A DNA stretch of 64,000 bases from assembly GCF_056712565.1 (NCBI RefSeq), contig NZ_CM160072.1; one strand, given 5' to 3'. Position 1 is the first letter of the stretch, and every line of letters begins with the position of its first letter. This document shows positions 11,426-22,487 of the stretch, piece by piece. A program made the position numbers and the translations under genes. The notes below the pieces were generated by a model that saw only the letters and a list, made by a program, of their open reading frames with translations, was not told the origin of the DNA and did not search any database.

Positions 11426-12565
11426 TTACCAGTTATGAATGTCGCTGGCTGTATCCGTCATGTAACGGACACCGCTAATAGTTGGCAGCAACTGATTGAT
11501 CAGACGGTTCCAGCGGGAAACCGGGGCGGTGGTGACATACACCACGTCATAAGGTTGCAGGCGGAATTCTGTCGCCATCACCAGCGACGTGGCATCGGAC
11601 ATATCCAGCTGGTAGATATTGGCAATCTTGCCATTACGCCCGCCCTCGCCTTTCAGCGGACGAATGACAAAGATGCCGCTGGCGTTGGAGGTGGTCATGT
11701 CGATGCCTTCAGCATTGCCCAGGGCTTCAGTCAGGGTCATGCCGCTAAAGTCCATTTTCAGGGTGCTCTGTTTCTTCACTTCACCCATCACAAATACTTT
11801 CAGATCATCATTACGCGGCACGTAAAGAATATCGCCGGGGTAAAGCAGTCGGTTCTGATTGAGGTCGCCGTTTTGCATCAGCGCCTGCAAAGAAATGCGC
11901 TCTTCACGACCATTGTGTGTTAGCACCACGTTGCGCCAGTCAGCGGTATCAGTCAGGCCACCCGCGGCGTTGATGGCATCGAGAATGGTCAGTGGCACGT
12001 TGGTGATCGCCTGTTGGCCGGATTTATTCACCTGTCCGGAGATATAGGCCTTTTGTGAGCGGAAGGCGGCGATATTAACGTCCACCTGCGGGTCAGCGAT
12101 GTACGTCGCTAAGCGCCCGGTAATATCACTGCGGATTTCAGCGAGCGTTTTCCCCACGACGTGAACCTTGCCGATATACGGGTAGAACATGGTGCCGTCA
12201 GGCTGTACCCAGTTGCCGGTGTCGCTGGAGCTGCGGTACTGACCAGCTGGCGTGGTGAGTTCCGGGTGATCCCAGACGGTGACATTAAGAACGTCCCCCG
12301 GCCCGACGCGATACTGATAATTCGCGATCTCACTTTCCAGCGTCATATTGGGGCGCGCTACGTTGGGGCGTGGGCGTAATTGATCAATCAGGCGCGGGGT
12401 CAGCGGATAAACATTCACCATTTTGTCGAGATCGAAATCAGCGTCCTGCTGTTTGATGACGTCTTTCCCCATCGTCGACATATTGCTGCCCGGAAGTACT
12501 GTGCAACCGCTTATCAAGGTTACTGACACCAATAATGGCATCAATTTCATTTTGGATTTCATCAT
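11426..12565 (-). CDS. wza: Outer-membrane polysaccharide export lipoprotein
   Basis: 379 aa. Lipoprotein signal LISGC. First gene of the cluster. Confidence 0.93.
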   Translation of the reverse strand: MMKSKMKLMPLLVSVTLISGCTVLPGSNMSTMGKDVIKQQDADFDLDKMVNVYPLTPRLIDQLRPRPNVARPNMTLESEIANYQYRVGPGDVLNVTVWDHPELTTPAGQYRSSSDTGNWVQPDGTMFYPYIGKVHVVGKTLAEIRSDITGRLATYIADPQVDVNIAAFRSQKAYISGQVNKSGQQAITNVPLTILDAINAAGGLTDTADWRNVVLTHNGREERISLQALMQNGDLNQNRLLYPGDILYVPRNDDLKVFVMGEVKKQSTLKMDFSGMTLTEALGNAEGIDMTTSNASGIFVIRPLKGEGGRNGKIANIYQLDMSDATSLVMATEFRLQPYDVVYVTTAPVSRWNRLINQLLPTISGVRYMTDTASDIHNW

Positions 12566-12743
12566 TGTTTATTTATCACTTTGGCAGAGTAATTATCCTG
12601 TGCACTATTAATAGCAATGTCGCCATGCACATTTACCTTGCAGTTAATTGAATAAAAATTTAACTGGCATCAGTCCTAAAAAAATTGATTTCATCCGCAG
12701 GCTATTGACAGAATAATTCAGACTGGTCTTTCAGGCATCCAGA

Positions 12744-12755
12744 CACGCTACCGCC
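12744..12755 (-). promoter_or_regulatory. ops element (RfaH loading site) within the JUMPstart of the wza leader
   Basis: The minus strand reads GGCGGTAGCGTG, an exact match to the ops consensus, about 180 nt upstream of the wza ATG. Confidence 0.8.
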
Positions 12756-13223
12756 CCTGGCTTTTTAGCTACCAATACACTGATTTAGCTTAATTTTTAA
12801 AACCCTCTCAACATACAGTCGTTGATGAGAAAGGGTTATTGCGGAAATTAACTTCCGAATATAAGGTGACATTATGGTAATTGAATATTGGCTCTCCAAT
12901 AATGCAGGAGGAAGTGTTACAGCTAACGGAATAGCAGGCAAGGTAACAATTCGGCAATTGGCTATTTTTAAGAATTATATTAAGTGTCATTCAATATGGT
13001 TTTTAGGAGTTTCTTTAGGTTGACAATATTTAATATAGTGTCTCCACATGCGATATTTCTTAAATAATGTTTTATTATTACCACTTTTAATTCAGGGATA
13101 ATGTGAGGTTATTACCCTCAAATAATATGAGATAAATAGTGCTGCAACATTGCATTTTTGCCCCGATTTATCCATGATCGAATTGTGACATTTGTCATAC
13201 AACGAATAGGTTTTGTACTTACT

Positions 13224-14807
13224 ATGGAATGGATTGCCGATCCGTCTATCTGGGCCGGGTTAATCACGCTGATTGTGATCGAACTGGTCCTCGGCATTGA
13301 TAACCTGGTCTTTATTGCCATCCTCGCCGAAAAACTACCGCCGAAGCAGCGCGACCGCGCACGGGTTACCGGGCTGCTGCTGGCGATGTTAATGCGCCTG
13401 TTACTGCTGGCGTCAATCTCCTGGCTGGTCACCCTGACTCAACCGCTGTTCAGCTTCCGCTCGTTTACCTTTAGCGCCCGCGATTTAATCATGCTGTTTG
13501 GTGGTTTCTTCCTGCTGTTCAAAGCCACGATGGAGCTGAACGAACGGCTGGAGGGGAAAGACAGCAATAACCCCACACAACGCAAAGGTGCGAAGTTCTG
13601 GGGGGTGGTGACACAAATTGTGGTACTGGACGCCATCTTCTCACTCGACTCGGTGATTACCGCCGTCGGGATGGTCGACCATTTACTGGTCATGATGGCC
13701 GCCGTCGTTATCGCTATCAGCCTGATGTTGATGGCCAGCAAGCCATTAACGCAATTTGTTAACAGTCACCCGACGATCGTTATTCTCTGCTTAAGCTTCC
13801 TGTTGATGATTGGCTTTAGCCTGGTGGCAGAAGGTTTCGGCTTCGTCATTCCGAAAGGCTACCTGTACGCTGCTATTGGTTTCTCGGTGATGATCGAGGC
13901 GCTCAATCAGTTGGCTATCTTTAACCGGCGACGTTTTCTTTCCGCTAACCAGACGCTGCGCCAGCGGACTACCGAAGCGGTAATGCGCCTGCTTAGCGGG
14001 CAAAAAGAAGATGCGGAACTGGACGCCGAAACCGCGTCTATGCTGGTGGATCATGGTAACCAGCAAATCTTTAATCCGCAGGAACGGCGGATGATTGAGC
14101 GGGTACTTAATCTTAACCAGCGCACCGTCAGCAGCATTATGACGTCGCGCCACGATATTGAGCATATCGATCTCAACGCACCGGAAGAAGAAATCCGCCA
14201 GTTGCTGGAGCGAAATCAGCATACGCGGCTGGTGGTTACCGACGGTGATGACGCAGAAGATTTGCTCGGTGTTGTTCACGTTATCGACCTGCTACAACAG
14301 TCTCTGCGCGGCGAACCGCTCAACCTGCGGGTGTTGATTCGCCAGCCGCTGGTGTTCCCGGAAACCTTGCCGTTGTTACCTGCCCTGGAGCAGTTCCGTA
14401 ATGCCCGCACGCACTTTGCTTTTGTAGTGGATGAGTTTGGCTCGGTGGAAGGAATTGTGACATTAAGTGACGTCACTGAAACCATTGCCGGTAACTTACC
14501 GAACGAAGTGGAAGAGATCGACGCCCGCCATGATATTCAGAAAAATGCGGACGGTTCCTGGACGGCGAATGGTCATATGCCGCTGGAGGATCTGGTGCAA
14601 TATGTGCCGCTGCCGCTGGATGAAAAACGTGAATATCACACCATTGCCGGGCTATTGATGGAATATTTGCAGCGTATTCCAAAACCTGGCGAAGAAGTTC
14701 AGGTGGGGGATTATTTGCTTAAAACGTTGCAGGTGGAAAGCCATCGCGTGCAGAAGGTGCAAATTATTCCGCTACGTAAGGATGGCGAGATGGAGTACGA
14801 AGTGTGA
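13224..14807 (+). CDS. yegH: TerC-family membrane protein with CBS pair and CorC/HlyC C-terminal domain
   Basis: Start set at [16 protein letters not shown], giving 527 aa. N-terminal TM-rich TerC-like half, followed by CBS/CorC-like sequence. Confidence 0.88.
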   Translation: MEWIADPSIWAGLITLIVIELVLGIDNLVFIAILAEKLPPKQRDRARVTGLLLAMLMRLLLLASISWLVTLTQPLFSFRSFTFSARDLIMLFGGFFLLFKATMELNERLEGKDSNNPTQRKGAKFWGVVTQIVVLDAIFSLDSVITAVGMVDHLLVMMAAVVIAISLMLMASKPLTQFVNSHPTIVILCLSFLLMIGFSLVAEGFGFVIPKGYLYAAIGFSVMIEALNQLAIFNRRRFLSANQTLRQRTTEAVMRLLSGQKEDAELDAETASMLVDHGNQQIFNPQERRMIERVLNLNQRTVSSIMTSRHDIEHIDLNAPEEEIRQLLERNQHTRLVVTDGDDAEDLLGVVHVIDLLQQSLRGEPLNLRVLIRQPLVFPETLPLLPALEQFRNARTHFAFVVDEFGSVEGIVTLSDVTETIAGNLPNEVEEIDARHDIQKNADGSWTANGHMPLEDLVQYVPLPLDEKREYHTIAGLLMEYLQRIPKPGEEVQVGDYLLKTLQVESHRVQKVQIIPLRKDGEMEYEV

Positions 14808-14813
14808 TAAAAC

Positions 14814-14850
14814 ATCAAATGCGCAGGTTCAAACTGCGCATTTGATTTAT
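14814..14850 (+). terminator. Rho-independent terminator of yegH
   Basis: 13-bp perfect stem ATCAAATGCGCAG / CTGCGCATTTGAT with a 7-nt loop, followed by TTAT. Confidence 0.7.
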
Positions 14851-14881
14851 ACAAAATTTAGTATAATCTAAGGATGGAGTA

Positions 14882-15220
14882 ATGAGAAAAAAGCTGGCTT
14901 TTCTTGATACCAGTCTTGACGATTTACGCGCATTTCCAGAATCGTCTCGACAGGAAATTGGCTATCAACTCGACAGGATCCAACAAGGGTTAAACCCATA
15001 CGACTGGAAACCTTTTTCAACTATCGGCCCTGGTGTGCGAGAGATTCGTACTCGCGATGCTGATGGGATCTATCGCGTCATGTATATCGCAAAATTTGAA
15101 GAAGCGGTTTACGTATTGCATTGTTTTCAAAAGAAAACACAGACTACCAGTCAATCGGATATTGATTTAGACAAACGACGCTATAAAGAACTTGTTCAGG
15201 AGCGGAAAAATGAAAATTGA
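14882..15220 (+). CDS. RelE/ParE-superfamily (HigB / Gp49-like) type II toxin
   Basis: 112 aa. SD AAGGATGGAG upstream. Toxin-first order with an overlapping small HTH gene. Sequence style (LRAFPESSRQEIGYQL...GVREIRTRDADGIYRVMYIAKFEEAVYVLHCFQKKTQ) is typical of this family. Confidence 0.7.
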   Translation: MRKKLAFLDTSLDDLRAFPESSRQEIGYQLDRIQQGLNPYDWKPFSTIGPGVREIRTRDADGIYRVMYIAKFEEAVYVLHCFQKKTQTTSQSDIDLDKRRYKELVQERKNEN

Positions 15221-15500
15221 AACCTTTGATAGTGTGTGGGATGCGGTGAGTGACACCCCTGAACAAGCGGAAAATATGCGGATCCGTGCCGAACTTGTAA
15301 CGATCATTAATAACTGGATTGAACAACAAGGGTTTAGCCAGGCTCAGGCAGCGTCTGCTTTAGGGGTCACTCAACCTCGCATATCTGAACTTGCCAGAGG
15401 TAAGATCCAGATCTTTAGTATCGATAAATTGATCACCATGATGGCTCATGCAGGATTGCATATTCAACGTATTGAAATTCAATATCCACATGCTGCTTAG
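15210..15500 (+). CDS. XRE-family HTH antitoxin (HigA-like)
   Basis: Start set at MKIETFDS, an ATG inside the toxin 3' end (11-nt overlap). HTH segment FSQAQAASALGVTQPRISELARGK. 96 aa. Confidence 0.7.
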   Translation: MKIETFDSVWDAVSDTPEQAENMRIRAELVTIINNWIEQQGFSQAQAASALGVTQPRISELARGKIQIFSIDKLITMMAHAGLHIQRIEIQYPHAA

Positions 15501-15552
15501 TGCTATAAATACAGATGGCGACAAATTGACGCCGCCATCTGCATAACTTGTC

Positions 15553-17406
15553 TTACATCTTCTCCAGCAACTTCTTCACATCTTTGCCATTGCGGGAATC
15601 TTTATTCCGCTCGGCCCAGTCATTCAGGCGACGTTTCGCTTCGTCCTGTAGATGTTTGCGCAGTAACTGATCCACTTGCAGGCTGTAATTGAGTTGCTGC
15701 CAGTTGCCATAAACCCGCAGCGGTACTGGCGTTTCTTTGAGGAAATCAATCAGTTTGCTTTCTCCGTTCCAGCCACCAATCACACGAATGTCAAACTGGG
15801 TGTCGCAGGTTTGATCTGCCAGATTCAACATGCCTTCCCCTGTCAGCGCCAGCACTGGCGATTGACCTTGCATGTCGTTTAACGTCACGACGCCATCCTT
15901 CAACGTCAAATCGGTGGTAAAGCGGTCAAGACGCGTCACGTTATCAAAGTTTTCAGCGGCCTTCACATCACCACCATTACGTTCTACCGCTTGCTGAATC
16001 ATCTGCTGGAAGTTCATCCCTTCCATGCGTGTGTCGGTCATTTCGACATGTGCCTGTCCTTGCCAGTTGTGGCGGAATGCGTCGGCATCTATGTCAGCAC
16101 CGGAGAAATCACCAGCCAGTGACATCTTTCCGGTCAACGAAATCGGATAGTTAAACGCCTTCAGAATGGTACCAATCTCAACGTTTTCCAGCCGTGGCTG
16201 GAAGTTTATCCGCGGATTTATTGATGTCGCGTCCAGCGTGCCCGGCAGCGAAACCTGTCCACCGTTAAGCTTGCCCTGCAGTTGAGTAATTTCCAGCAAA
16301 CCCGACTTGTTGGTCATTTGCGTGGCAACGTCTGTAAAATTCATTCCGCGCCAGCGCACGTTACTGGCCTGCAACAAAATATCAGCCGTAAAGCCATGCA
16401 ATCCCTGATAGGCCGGTTCATCAATACGCGAAGAAATGACCGGGCGCGGCAACGTGGATTGGCTCTGCCCTTGCTGCGCGGCACCGTTTTCACCGTTCGC
16501 TGTTTCTTTAAGCGGGATGAGGTTGTCAAGATTCAGTTGCGGGAATTGCAGTCTCAGCTGCCATTCCGGTTTCTCTGTCAACGTGACCTGTGCTTGCCCG
16601 CTCAGCGTACTGTCATTGGCGGTCAAACTAATTTGGTTAAATGAAAGGCGTTTATGTGACTCCTGCCACTGGGCCTGGAAACTCCCCTGCCCCTGAATAC
16701 CTTGTTTTGGTAAATCGGCACCCTGCAACTGCCAGTTAATTTGTTCAATAGCCGCCGTTAAATCATGCGGATAATCAGAAGCATCTACCGTACCGTTAAG
16801 GGATATCGTGAGGTCGCGCTGATCGCGATTAACCCGCCCGGAGAACTCAAATGAGCCACGATGTTGGGGATCTTGTTCCATTTGCAGGCGGATATTGCGG
16901 ATTGTCACCTGCTCGTCATCTTCATGCTGGAACACCAGCACGCTGTCCGCCATCTTAAGACTGGATATATCAAACGACCATCCGCGATCGTCTGACAGAT
17001 CCGGCAAGGTATTGTCGCGCGGTGCAACCGGAGCGTCTTCACTGCGCACCGCTTCCGTCTGCGGCGTCAGTTGGATCACAGCCCCTTTTAGCATCACCTG
17101 CTTAACGCTCAGTTGATGACTCAGTAGTGGTAAAAGCGCCACGTCCAGACGCATGTTGTCGGCGCGAACCAGTGGCTGGCTCGCGCCCTGGGCGGTGAGA
17201 GACATTCGCCCGGAGAGGATACTAAGCTGCGGCCAGACGTGCCAACGCAGTGGCCCGTCGAGCTGCAATTGATAACCGCTACGTGCAGCAACTTGCTTGA
17301 CCATATAGTCGCGGAAATCATTCGGATTCACCAGCAACACTAACGCAGATAACCCGGCCACCAGCACGACCAGGAGTATCATCAGCGTCGTCAGAAATCG
17401 TCTCAT
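15553..17406 (-). CDS. asmA: AsmA outer-membrane assembly / lipid transport family protein
   Basis: 617 aa with an N-terminal anchor MRRFLTTLMILLVVLVAGLSALVLL. Synteny with dcd-udk. Confidence 0.92.
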   Translation of the reverse strand: MRRFLTTLMILLVVLVAGLSALVLLVNPNDFRDYMVKQVAARSGYQLQLDGPLRWHVWPQLSILSGRMSLTAQGASQPLVRADNMRLDVALLPLLSHQLSVKQVMLKGAVIQLTPQTEAVRSEDAPVAPRDNTLPDLSDDRGWSFDISSLKMADSVLVFQHEDDEQVTIRNIRLQMEQDPQHRGSFEFSGRVNRDQRDLTISLNGTVDASDYPHDLTAAIEQINWQLQGADLPKQGIQGQGSFQAQWQESHKRLSFNQISLTANDSTLSGQAQVTLTEKPEWQLRLQFPQLNLDNLIPLKETANGENGAAQQGQSQSTLPRPVISSRIDEPAYQGLHGFTADILLQASNVRWRGMNFTDVATQMTNKSGLLEITQLQGKLNGGQVSLPGTLDATSINPRINFQPRLENVEIGTILKAFNYPISLTGKMSLAGDFSGADIDADAFRHNWQGQAHVEMTDTRMEGMNFQQMIQQAVERNGGDVKAAENFDNVTRLDRFTTDLTLKDGVVTLNDMQGQSPVLALTGEGMLNLADQTCDTQFDIRVIGGWNGESKLIDFLKETPVPLRVYGNWQQLNYSLQVDQLLRKHLQDEAKRRLNDWAERNKDSRNGKDVKKLLEKM

Positions 17407-17427
17407 GGTATCCTCAATGGGCCTGAA

Positions 17428-18009
17428 TTAGTCTTTATCGATTCGGCTAGCTACCGCGCCCTGCTGGTTGCGATATTTCGCATCTTCACGGCGGTTGTAA
17501 GGTCGCGCCGCCGGGCCGGAAAGCGGCTCAAAGCTCAGCGCACCAATTAACATGCCCGGACGCAGCGCCAGCGGCAGCTTACCGGAGTTGTAGAACTCCA
17601 GCACAATGCAGCCAGACCAGCCCGGATCGATGCGGTGCGCGGTGACGTGCACCATCAGCCCCAGACGCGCCAGTGAAGAACGCCCGTCCAGCCAGCCCAC
17701 CAGATCGGCTGGCAGCGTCACCGACTCCAGCGTCACCGCCAGCGCCAGCTCTCCTGGGTGAAGATAGAACGCCTCGCTTTCATCGAGAACGATCTCATCG
17801 CTCATCACGCGGTCAAGCGCGGCGCTCACTTCATCTTTGGGACCGCTCAGATCGATAAACGCTGCCGTGTGACCACGGAAGGTACGAAATTTATTGCCCA
17901 GGCGCACATCCACCGTCGCGCCGTTAATACGCTCCACTGGCGGACGTGGGTTGATCGACAAACGGCCTTCATCAAGCCAGGCTTCAATATCTCGGTCACA
18001 CAGACGCAT
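17428..18009 (-). CDS. dcd: dCTP deaminase
   Basis: 193 aa starting [19 protein letters not shown]. Confidence 0.95.
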   Translation of the reverse strand: MRLCDRDIEAWLDEGRLSINPRPPVERINGATVDVRLGNKFRTFRGHTAAFIDLSGPKDEVSAALDRVMSDEIVLDESEAFYLHPGELALAVTLESVTLPADLVGWLDGRSSLARLGLMVHVTAHRIDPGWSGCIVLEFYNSGKLPLALRPGMLIGALSFEPLSGPAARPYNRREDAKYRNQQGAVASRIDKD

Positions 18010-18100
18010 GGCATTTTCTCCTTTCGCGCATCACTCCCTTAACGCCAATTACGTCAAGGGCATACCAGGTTATCACTGAACGGTACACAATTTATCAAGC

Positions 18101-18742
18101 TTATTCAAAGAACTGACTTATTTTCGCTTTCAATATATCGATGGCGATGCGGTTTTTCCCGCCGCGCGGCACGATAATGTCCGCATATTGTTTAGAAGGC
18201 TCAATGAATTGCAGAAACATCGGGCGCACGGTTTTTTGATATTGCGCCATCACTGAATCCATTGAACGCCCACGCTCGTTAACGTCACGCTTGATGCGGC
18301 GCATCAGGCAGATATCCAGCGGGGTATCAACGAAAATTGAGAAGTTAAGTTCGTCACGCAAACGCGCATCCGTTAGCAGCAAAATGCCTTCGAGAATGAT
18401 GACTTTCTTCGGCTCAACCGTCACCGTTTCTTTCATACGCGTATGTTCAACATAGCTGTAAACCGGCAGGTCAATTGCCGAGCCGCGTTTCAATGCTTGT
18501 AAATGCTCAAGCAGCAGGCTGTGATCCATCGCGCTGGGATGGTCGTAGTTGGTCTTAACGCGTTCTTCCATCGACAGATGGCTTTGATCTTTGTAATAGC
18601 AGTCTTCGGGAATTACGCCGATGTGTTCATCACCGACTTGCTCACGTAATTCACGATAAAGGGTACTGGCAATAAGACTCTTGCCGGAAGCCGATGCGCC
18701 AGCGATACCGATAATGACGCACTGATGAGACTGATCAGTCAT
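18101..18742 (-). CDS. udk: Uridine/cytidine kinase
   Basis: Start set at [22 protein letters not shown] (P-loop), giving 213 aa. The track ORF extends 21 codons further upstream. Confidence 0.93.
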
Positions 18743-19059
18743 ATATTTAGCGACCTGATTAACCTGGATGTTAGGAAGGGGGCGACGAAGCGCCAAACGC
18801 GGCAATTATAGGGATTTCATCCGCCTGATACCAGTCGAATAGCGTTGCCGCGCGCTCAGAGTTAATTGTTGACGAAGAATTCCCGGTGGCAAATTACGTT
18901 GATCAGTTTTATACAAGGTAAAAATTGTTATACACAGTTGCGCAAATTATCCGCCTTTACGTCACTTTATGAGCAATTCGCATATAAAATGTAAAACTTT
19001 TGTACTAGCATAAACACAGAAACGAATACTGGCGACCTGGTCTTGCGGATAAAGCGGTA

Positions 19060-22000
19060 ATGAGCAAACAATCACAGCATGTATTAATTGCCCTGCCCCA
19101 CCCGCTGCTTCACCTGGTCAGTTTAGGTTTAGTCTCGTTTATCTTCACCCTTTTCTCACTTGAGCTTTCGCAGTTTGGCACCCAACTCGCCCCACTGTGG
19201 TTCCCGACGTCCATCATGATGGTGGCGTTTTATCGCCATGCCGGGCGCATGTGGCCGGGGATTGCGCTGAGCTGCTCGCTGGGAAATATCGCCGCATCCA
19301 TCCTGCTTTTTTCCACCAGCTCGCTGAACATGACCTGGACGACCATCAATATTGTTGAAGCCGTGGTCGGGGCAGTGCTACTGCGTAAATTGCTGCCGTG
19401 GTATAACCCATTGCAAAATCTGGCTGACTGGCTGCGTCTAGCACTCGGCAGCGCCATTGTTCCACCTCTGTTAGGGGGTGTTCTGGTTATCCTGCTGACG
19501 CCCGGAGACGATCCTCTCAGGGCATTTTTGATATGGGTACTGTCAGAATCCATCGGCGCACTGGCACTGGTGCCGCTGGGATTGTTATTTAAACCACACT
19601 ATCTGCTGCGCCATCGCAACCCACGGTTGCTTTTTGAGTCGCTGCTCACGTTAGCCATCACACTGACGTTAAGCTGGCTTTCGATGCTGTATCTGCCGTG
19701 GCCTTTTACTTTCATTATTGTGCTGTTGATGTGGAGCGCCGTGCGCCTGCCACGAATGGAAGCCTTTTTGATCTTCCTTACCACGGTGATGATGGTGTCA
19801 CTGATGATGGCCGCTGATCCCTCCCTGCTTGCTACGCCGCGTACATACCTGATGAGCCATATGCCGTGGCTACCGTTTTTGCTGATCCTGCTGCCCGCCA
19901 ACATCATGACCATGGTGATGTATGCCTTTCGTGCGGAACGCAAACACATTTCCGAAAGCGAAACCCGTTTTCGTAACGCCATGGAATATTCCGCCATCGG
20001 CATGGCATTAGTGGGCACCGAGGGGCAATGGCTGCAATCCAACAAAGCACTCTGCCAGTTTCTCGGTTACAGTCAGGAAGAGCTGCGCGGACTCACCTTT
20101 CAGCAACTGACCTGGCCGGAGGATCTCAATAAAGATCTCCAACAGGTTGAAAAGCTGATCAGCGGTGAAATAAACACCTATTCAATGGAAAAACGCTACT
20201 ACAACCGCAATGGCGATGTTGTCTGGGCGTTGCTTGCCGTCTCACTGGTGCGCCACACGGATGGCACGCCGCTCTATTTTATCGCTCAGATTGAAGACAT
20301 TAACGAGCTAAAACGCACCGAACAGGTGAATCAGCAACTGATGGAGCGCATCACGCTGGCTAACGAAGCGGGCGGGATTGGCATCTGGGAGTGGGAGCTG
20401 AAGCCGAATATTTTTAGCTGGGATAAGCGGATGTTCGAGCTGTATGAAATTCCTCCGCATATCAAACCGAACTGGCAGGTGTGGTACGAGTGCGTGCTGC
20501 CGGAAGATCGCCAACACGCCGAAAAAGTGATTCGTGATTCGTTGCAATCACGCTCGCCCTTTAAACTGGAATTTCGCATTACCGTGAAAGACGGCATTCG
20601 CCATATCCGCGCCCTCGCTAACCGGGTACTGAATAAAGAAGGCGAAGTCGAACGCCTGCTCGGCATTAATATGGATATGACCGAAGTGAAACAGCTTAAC
20701 GAGGCATTGTTTCAGGAAAAAGAGCGCCTGCACATAACGCTGGATTCCATCGGCGAAGCCGTGGTCTGTATTGATATGGCAATGAAAATTACCTTTATGA
20801 ATCCGGTGGCGGAGAAGATGAGCGGCTGGACGCAGGAAGAAGCGTTAGGTGTTCCGCTCCTGACGGTGTTGCATATTACTTTTGGCGACAACGGACCATT
20901 AATGGAGAACATTTACAGTGCCGACACCTCACGTTCCGCGATTGAACAAGATGTGGTGTTGCACTGCCGAAGCGGCGGCAGCTACGACGTGCATTACAGT
21001 ATTACGCCGTTAAGTACTCTGGACGGCAGCAATATAGGCTCGGTTCTGGTGATTCAGGACGTCACCGAATCACGCAAAATGCTGCGCCAGCTGAGCTACA
21101 GCGCCTCCCATGATGCACTGACGCATCTCGCCAATCGCGCCAGTTTTGAGAAGCAACTACGCATCCTGCTGCAAACGGTAAACAGTACGCATCAGCGACA
21201 TGCCCTGGTGTTTATCGATCTTGATCGCTTTAAAGCGGTGAATGACAGCGCCGGGCATGCGGCGGGCGACGCTTTACTGCGCGAACTGGCGTCGTTGATG
21301 CTGAGTATGCTGCGCTCCAGCGACGTGCTGGCGCGACTCGGTGGCGATGAATTTGGTCTGCTGCTGCCAGATTGTAATGTCGAAAGTGCGCGTTTTATCG
21401 CTACACGCATTATCAGCGCCGTGAATGACTATCACTTTATCTGGGAAGGACGTGTACATCGGGTAGGTGCCAGTGCCGGGATTACCTTGATTGATGACAA
21501 CAATCATCAGGCGGCTGAAGTGATGTCGCAGGCTGATATCGCCTGTTATGCCTCCAAAAATGGTGGACGGGGCCGGGTGACGGTTTACGAACCGCAGCAA
21601 GCTGCCGCACATAGCGAACGGGCGGCGATATCGCTTGATGAACAGAGGCGGATGATTAAAGAGAATCAGTTGATGATGATCGCCCACGGTGTCGCTTCGC
21701 CGCGGATCCCGCAAGCGCGTAATTTGTGGCTGATTTCACTTAAGCTCTGGAGTTGCGAAGGCGAGATTATTGATGAACAAACATTTCGTCGTAGCTTCAG
21801 CGATCCGGCACTTAGCCATGCTCTTGACCGACGGGTATTCCACGATTTTTTCCAGCAGGCCGCAAAAGCGATTGCCAGTAAAGGCTTAAGCATCGCCCTC
21901 CCCCTTTCCGTTGCCGGTTTGAGTAGCGCCACGCTGGTGAATGAACTAATTGAGCAGCTGGAAAATAGCCCTCTACCACCACGGTTATTACATCTGATTA

Positions 22001-22377
22001 TTCCGGCAGACGCGATTTTAGATCACGCAGCAAGCGTGCAAAAACTGCGGCTGGCGGGATGTCGGATCGTATTCAGTCAGGTGGGCCGCGATCTGCAAAT
22101 CTTCAACTCGCTGAAAGCAAATATGGCAGATTACCTGCTACTTGATGGTGAGTTATGCGCCAGCGTGCAGGGTAATTTGATGGATGAGATGCTGATTACG
22201 ATTATTCAGGGGCATGCTCAGCGACTCGGGATGAAAACCATCGCCGGGCCAGTCGTTTTACCCTTAGTGATGGATACGCTTTCGGGCATCGGCGTCGATC
22301 TGATTTATGGCGATGTGATTGTCGATGCCCAACCGCTGGATTTGCTGGTGAATAGCAGTTATTTCGCGATTAACTGA
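19060..22377 (+). CDS. dgcE: Diguanylate cyclase with MASE1, PAS x3, GGDEF and a degenerate EAL domain
   Basis: 1105 aa. N-terminal multi-TM region, PAS-like repeats, an RLGGDEF active-site motif (ARLGGDEFGLLL), and a C-terminal EAL-like region lacking an obvious EAL motif. Confidence 0.9.
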   Translation: MSKQSQHVLIALPHPLLHLVSLGLVSFIFTLFSLELSQFGTQLAPLWFPTSIMMVAFYRHAGRMWPGIALSCSLGNIAASILLFSTSSLNMTWTTINIVEAVVGAVLLRKLLPWYNPLQNLADWLRLALGSAIVPPLLGGVLVILLTPGDDPLRAFLIWVLSESIGALALVPLGLLFKPHYLLRHRNPRLLFESLLTLAITLTLSWLSMLYLPWPFTFIIVLLMWSAVRLPRMEAFLIFLTTVMMVSLMMAADPSLLATPRTYLMSHMPWLPFLLILLPANIMTMVMYAFRAERKHISESETRFRNAMEYSAIGMALVGTEGQWLQSNKALCQFLGYSQEELRGLTFQQLTWPEDLNKDLQQVEKLISGEINTYSMEKRYYNRNGDVVWALLAVSLVRHTDGTPLYFIAQIEDINELKRTEQVNQQLMERITLANEAGGIGIWEWELKPNIFSWDKRMFELYEIPPHIKPNWQVWYECVLPEDRQHAEKVIRDSLQSRSPFKLEFRITVKDGIRHIRALANRVLNKEGEVERLLGINMDMTEVKQLNEALFQEKERLHITLDSIGEAVVCIDMAMKITFMNPVAEKMSGWTQEEALGVPLLTVLHITFGDNGPLMENIYSADTSRSAIEQDVVLHCRSGGSYDVHYSITPLSTLDGSNIGSVLVIQDVTESRKMLRQLSYSASHDALTHLANRASFEKQLRILLQTVNSTHQRHALVFIDLDRFKAVNDSAGHAAGDALLRELASLMLSMLRSSDVLARLGGDEFGLLLPDCNVESARFIATRIISAVNDYHFIWEGRVHRVGASAGITLIDDNNHQAAEVMSQADIACYASKNGGRGRVTVYEPQQAAAHSERAAISLDEQRRMIKENQLMMIAHGVASPRIPQARNLWLISLKLWSCEGEIIDEQTFRRSFSDPALSHALDRRVFHDFFQQAAKAIASKGLSIALPLSVAGLSSATLVNELIEQLENSPLPPRLLHLIIPADAILDHAASVQKLRLAGCRIVFSQVGRDLQIFNSLKANMADYLLLDGELCASVQGNLMDEMLITIIQGHAQRLGMKTIAGPVVLPLVMDTLSGIGVDLIYGDVIVDAQPLDLLVNSSYFAIN

Positions 22378-22395
22378 GGGAGCGTTTGCCCCATT

Positions 22396-22480
22396 GCCTG
22401 ATGCGACGCTAACGCGTCTTATCATGCCTACAAATCGCTCATTCCCCAGGCCGGATAAGGCGCTCGCACCGCATCCGGCG
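22396..22480. repeat. Two REP elements between dgcE and alkA
   Basis: GCCTGATGCGACGCTAACGCGTCTTATCATGCCTAC and AGGCCGGATAAGGCGCTCGCACCGCATCCGGCG. Confidence 0.75.
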
Positions 22481-22487
22481 ACCAACG

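Noticed and set aside
12969-12982. TAAGAATTATATTA upstream of wza, considered as an RcsAB box.
   Set aside because: It matches only 10/14 of the consensus as I remember it (TaAGaatatTCctA), in a very AT-rich background. That is too weak to call without an alignment to the mapped K-12 site.
12808-12990. A 60-aa minus-strand ORF in the wza upstream region.
   Set aside because: It lies in the AT-rich regulatory leader upstream of the JUMPstart element. It has no SD and unusual composition, so it is unlikely to be coding.
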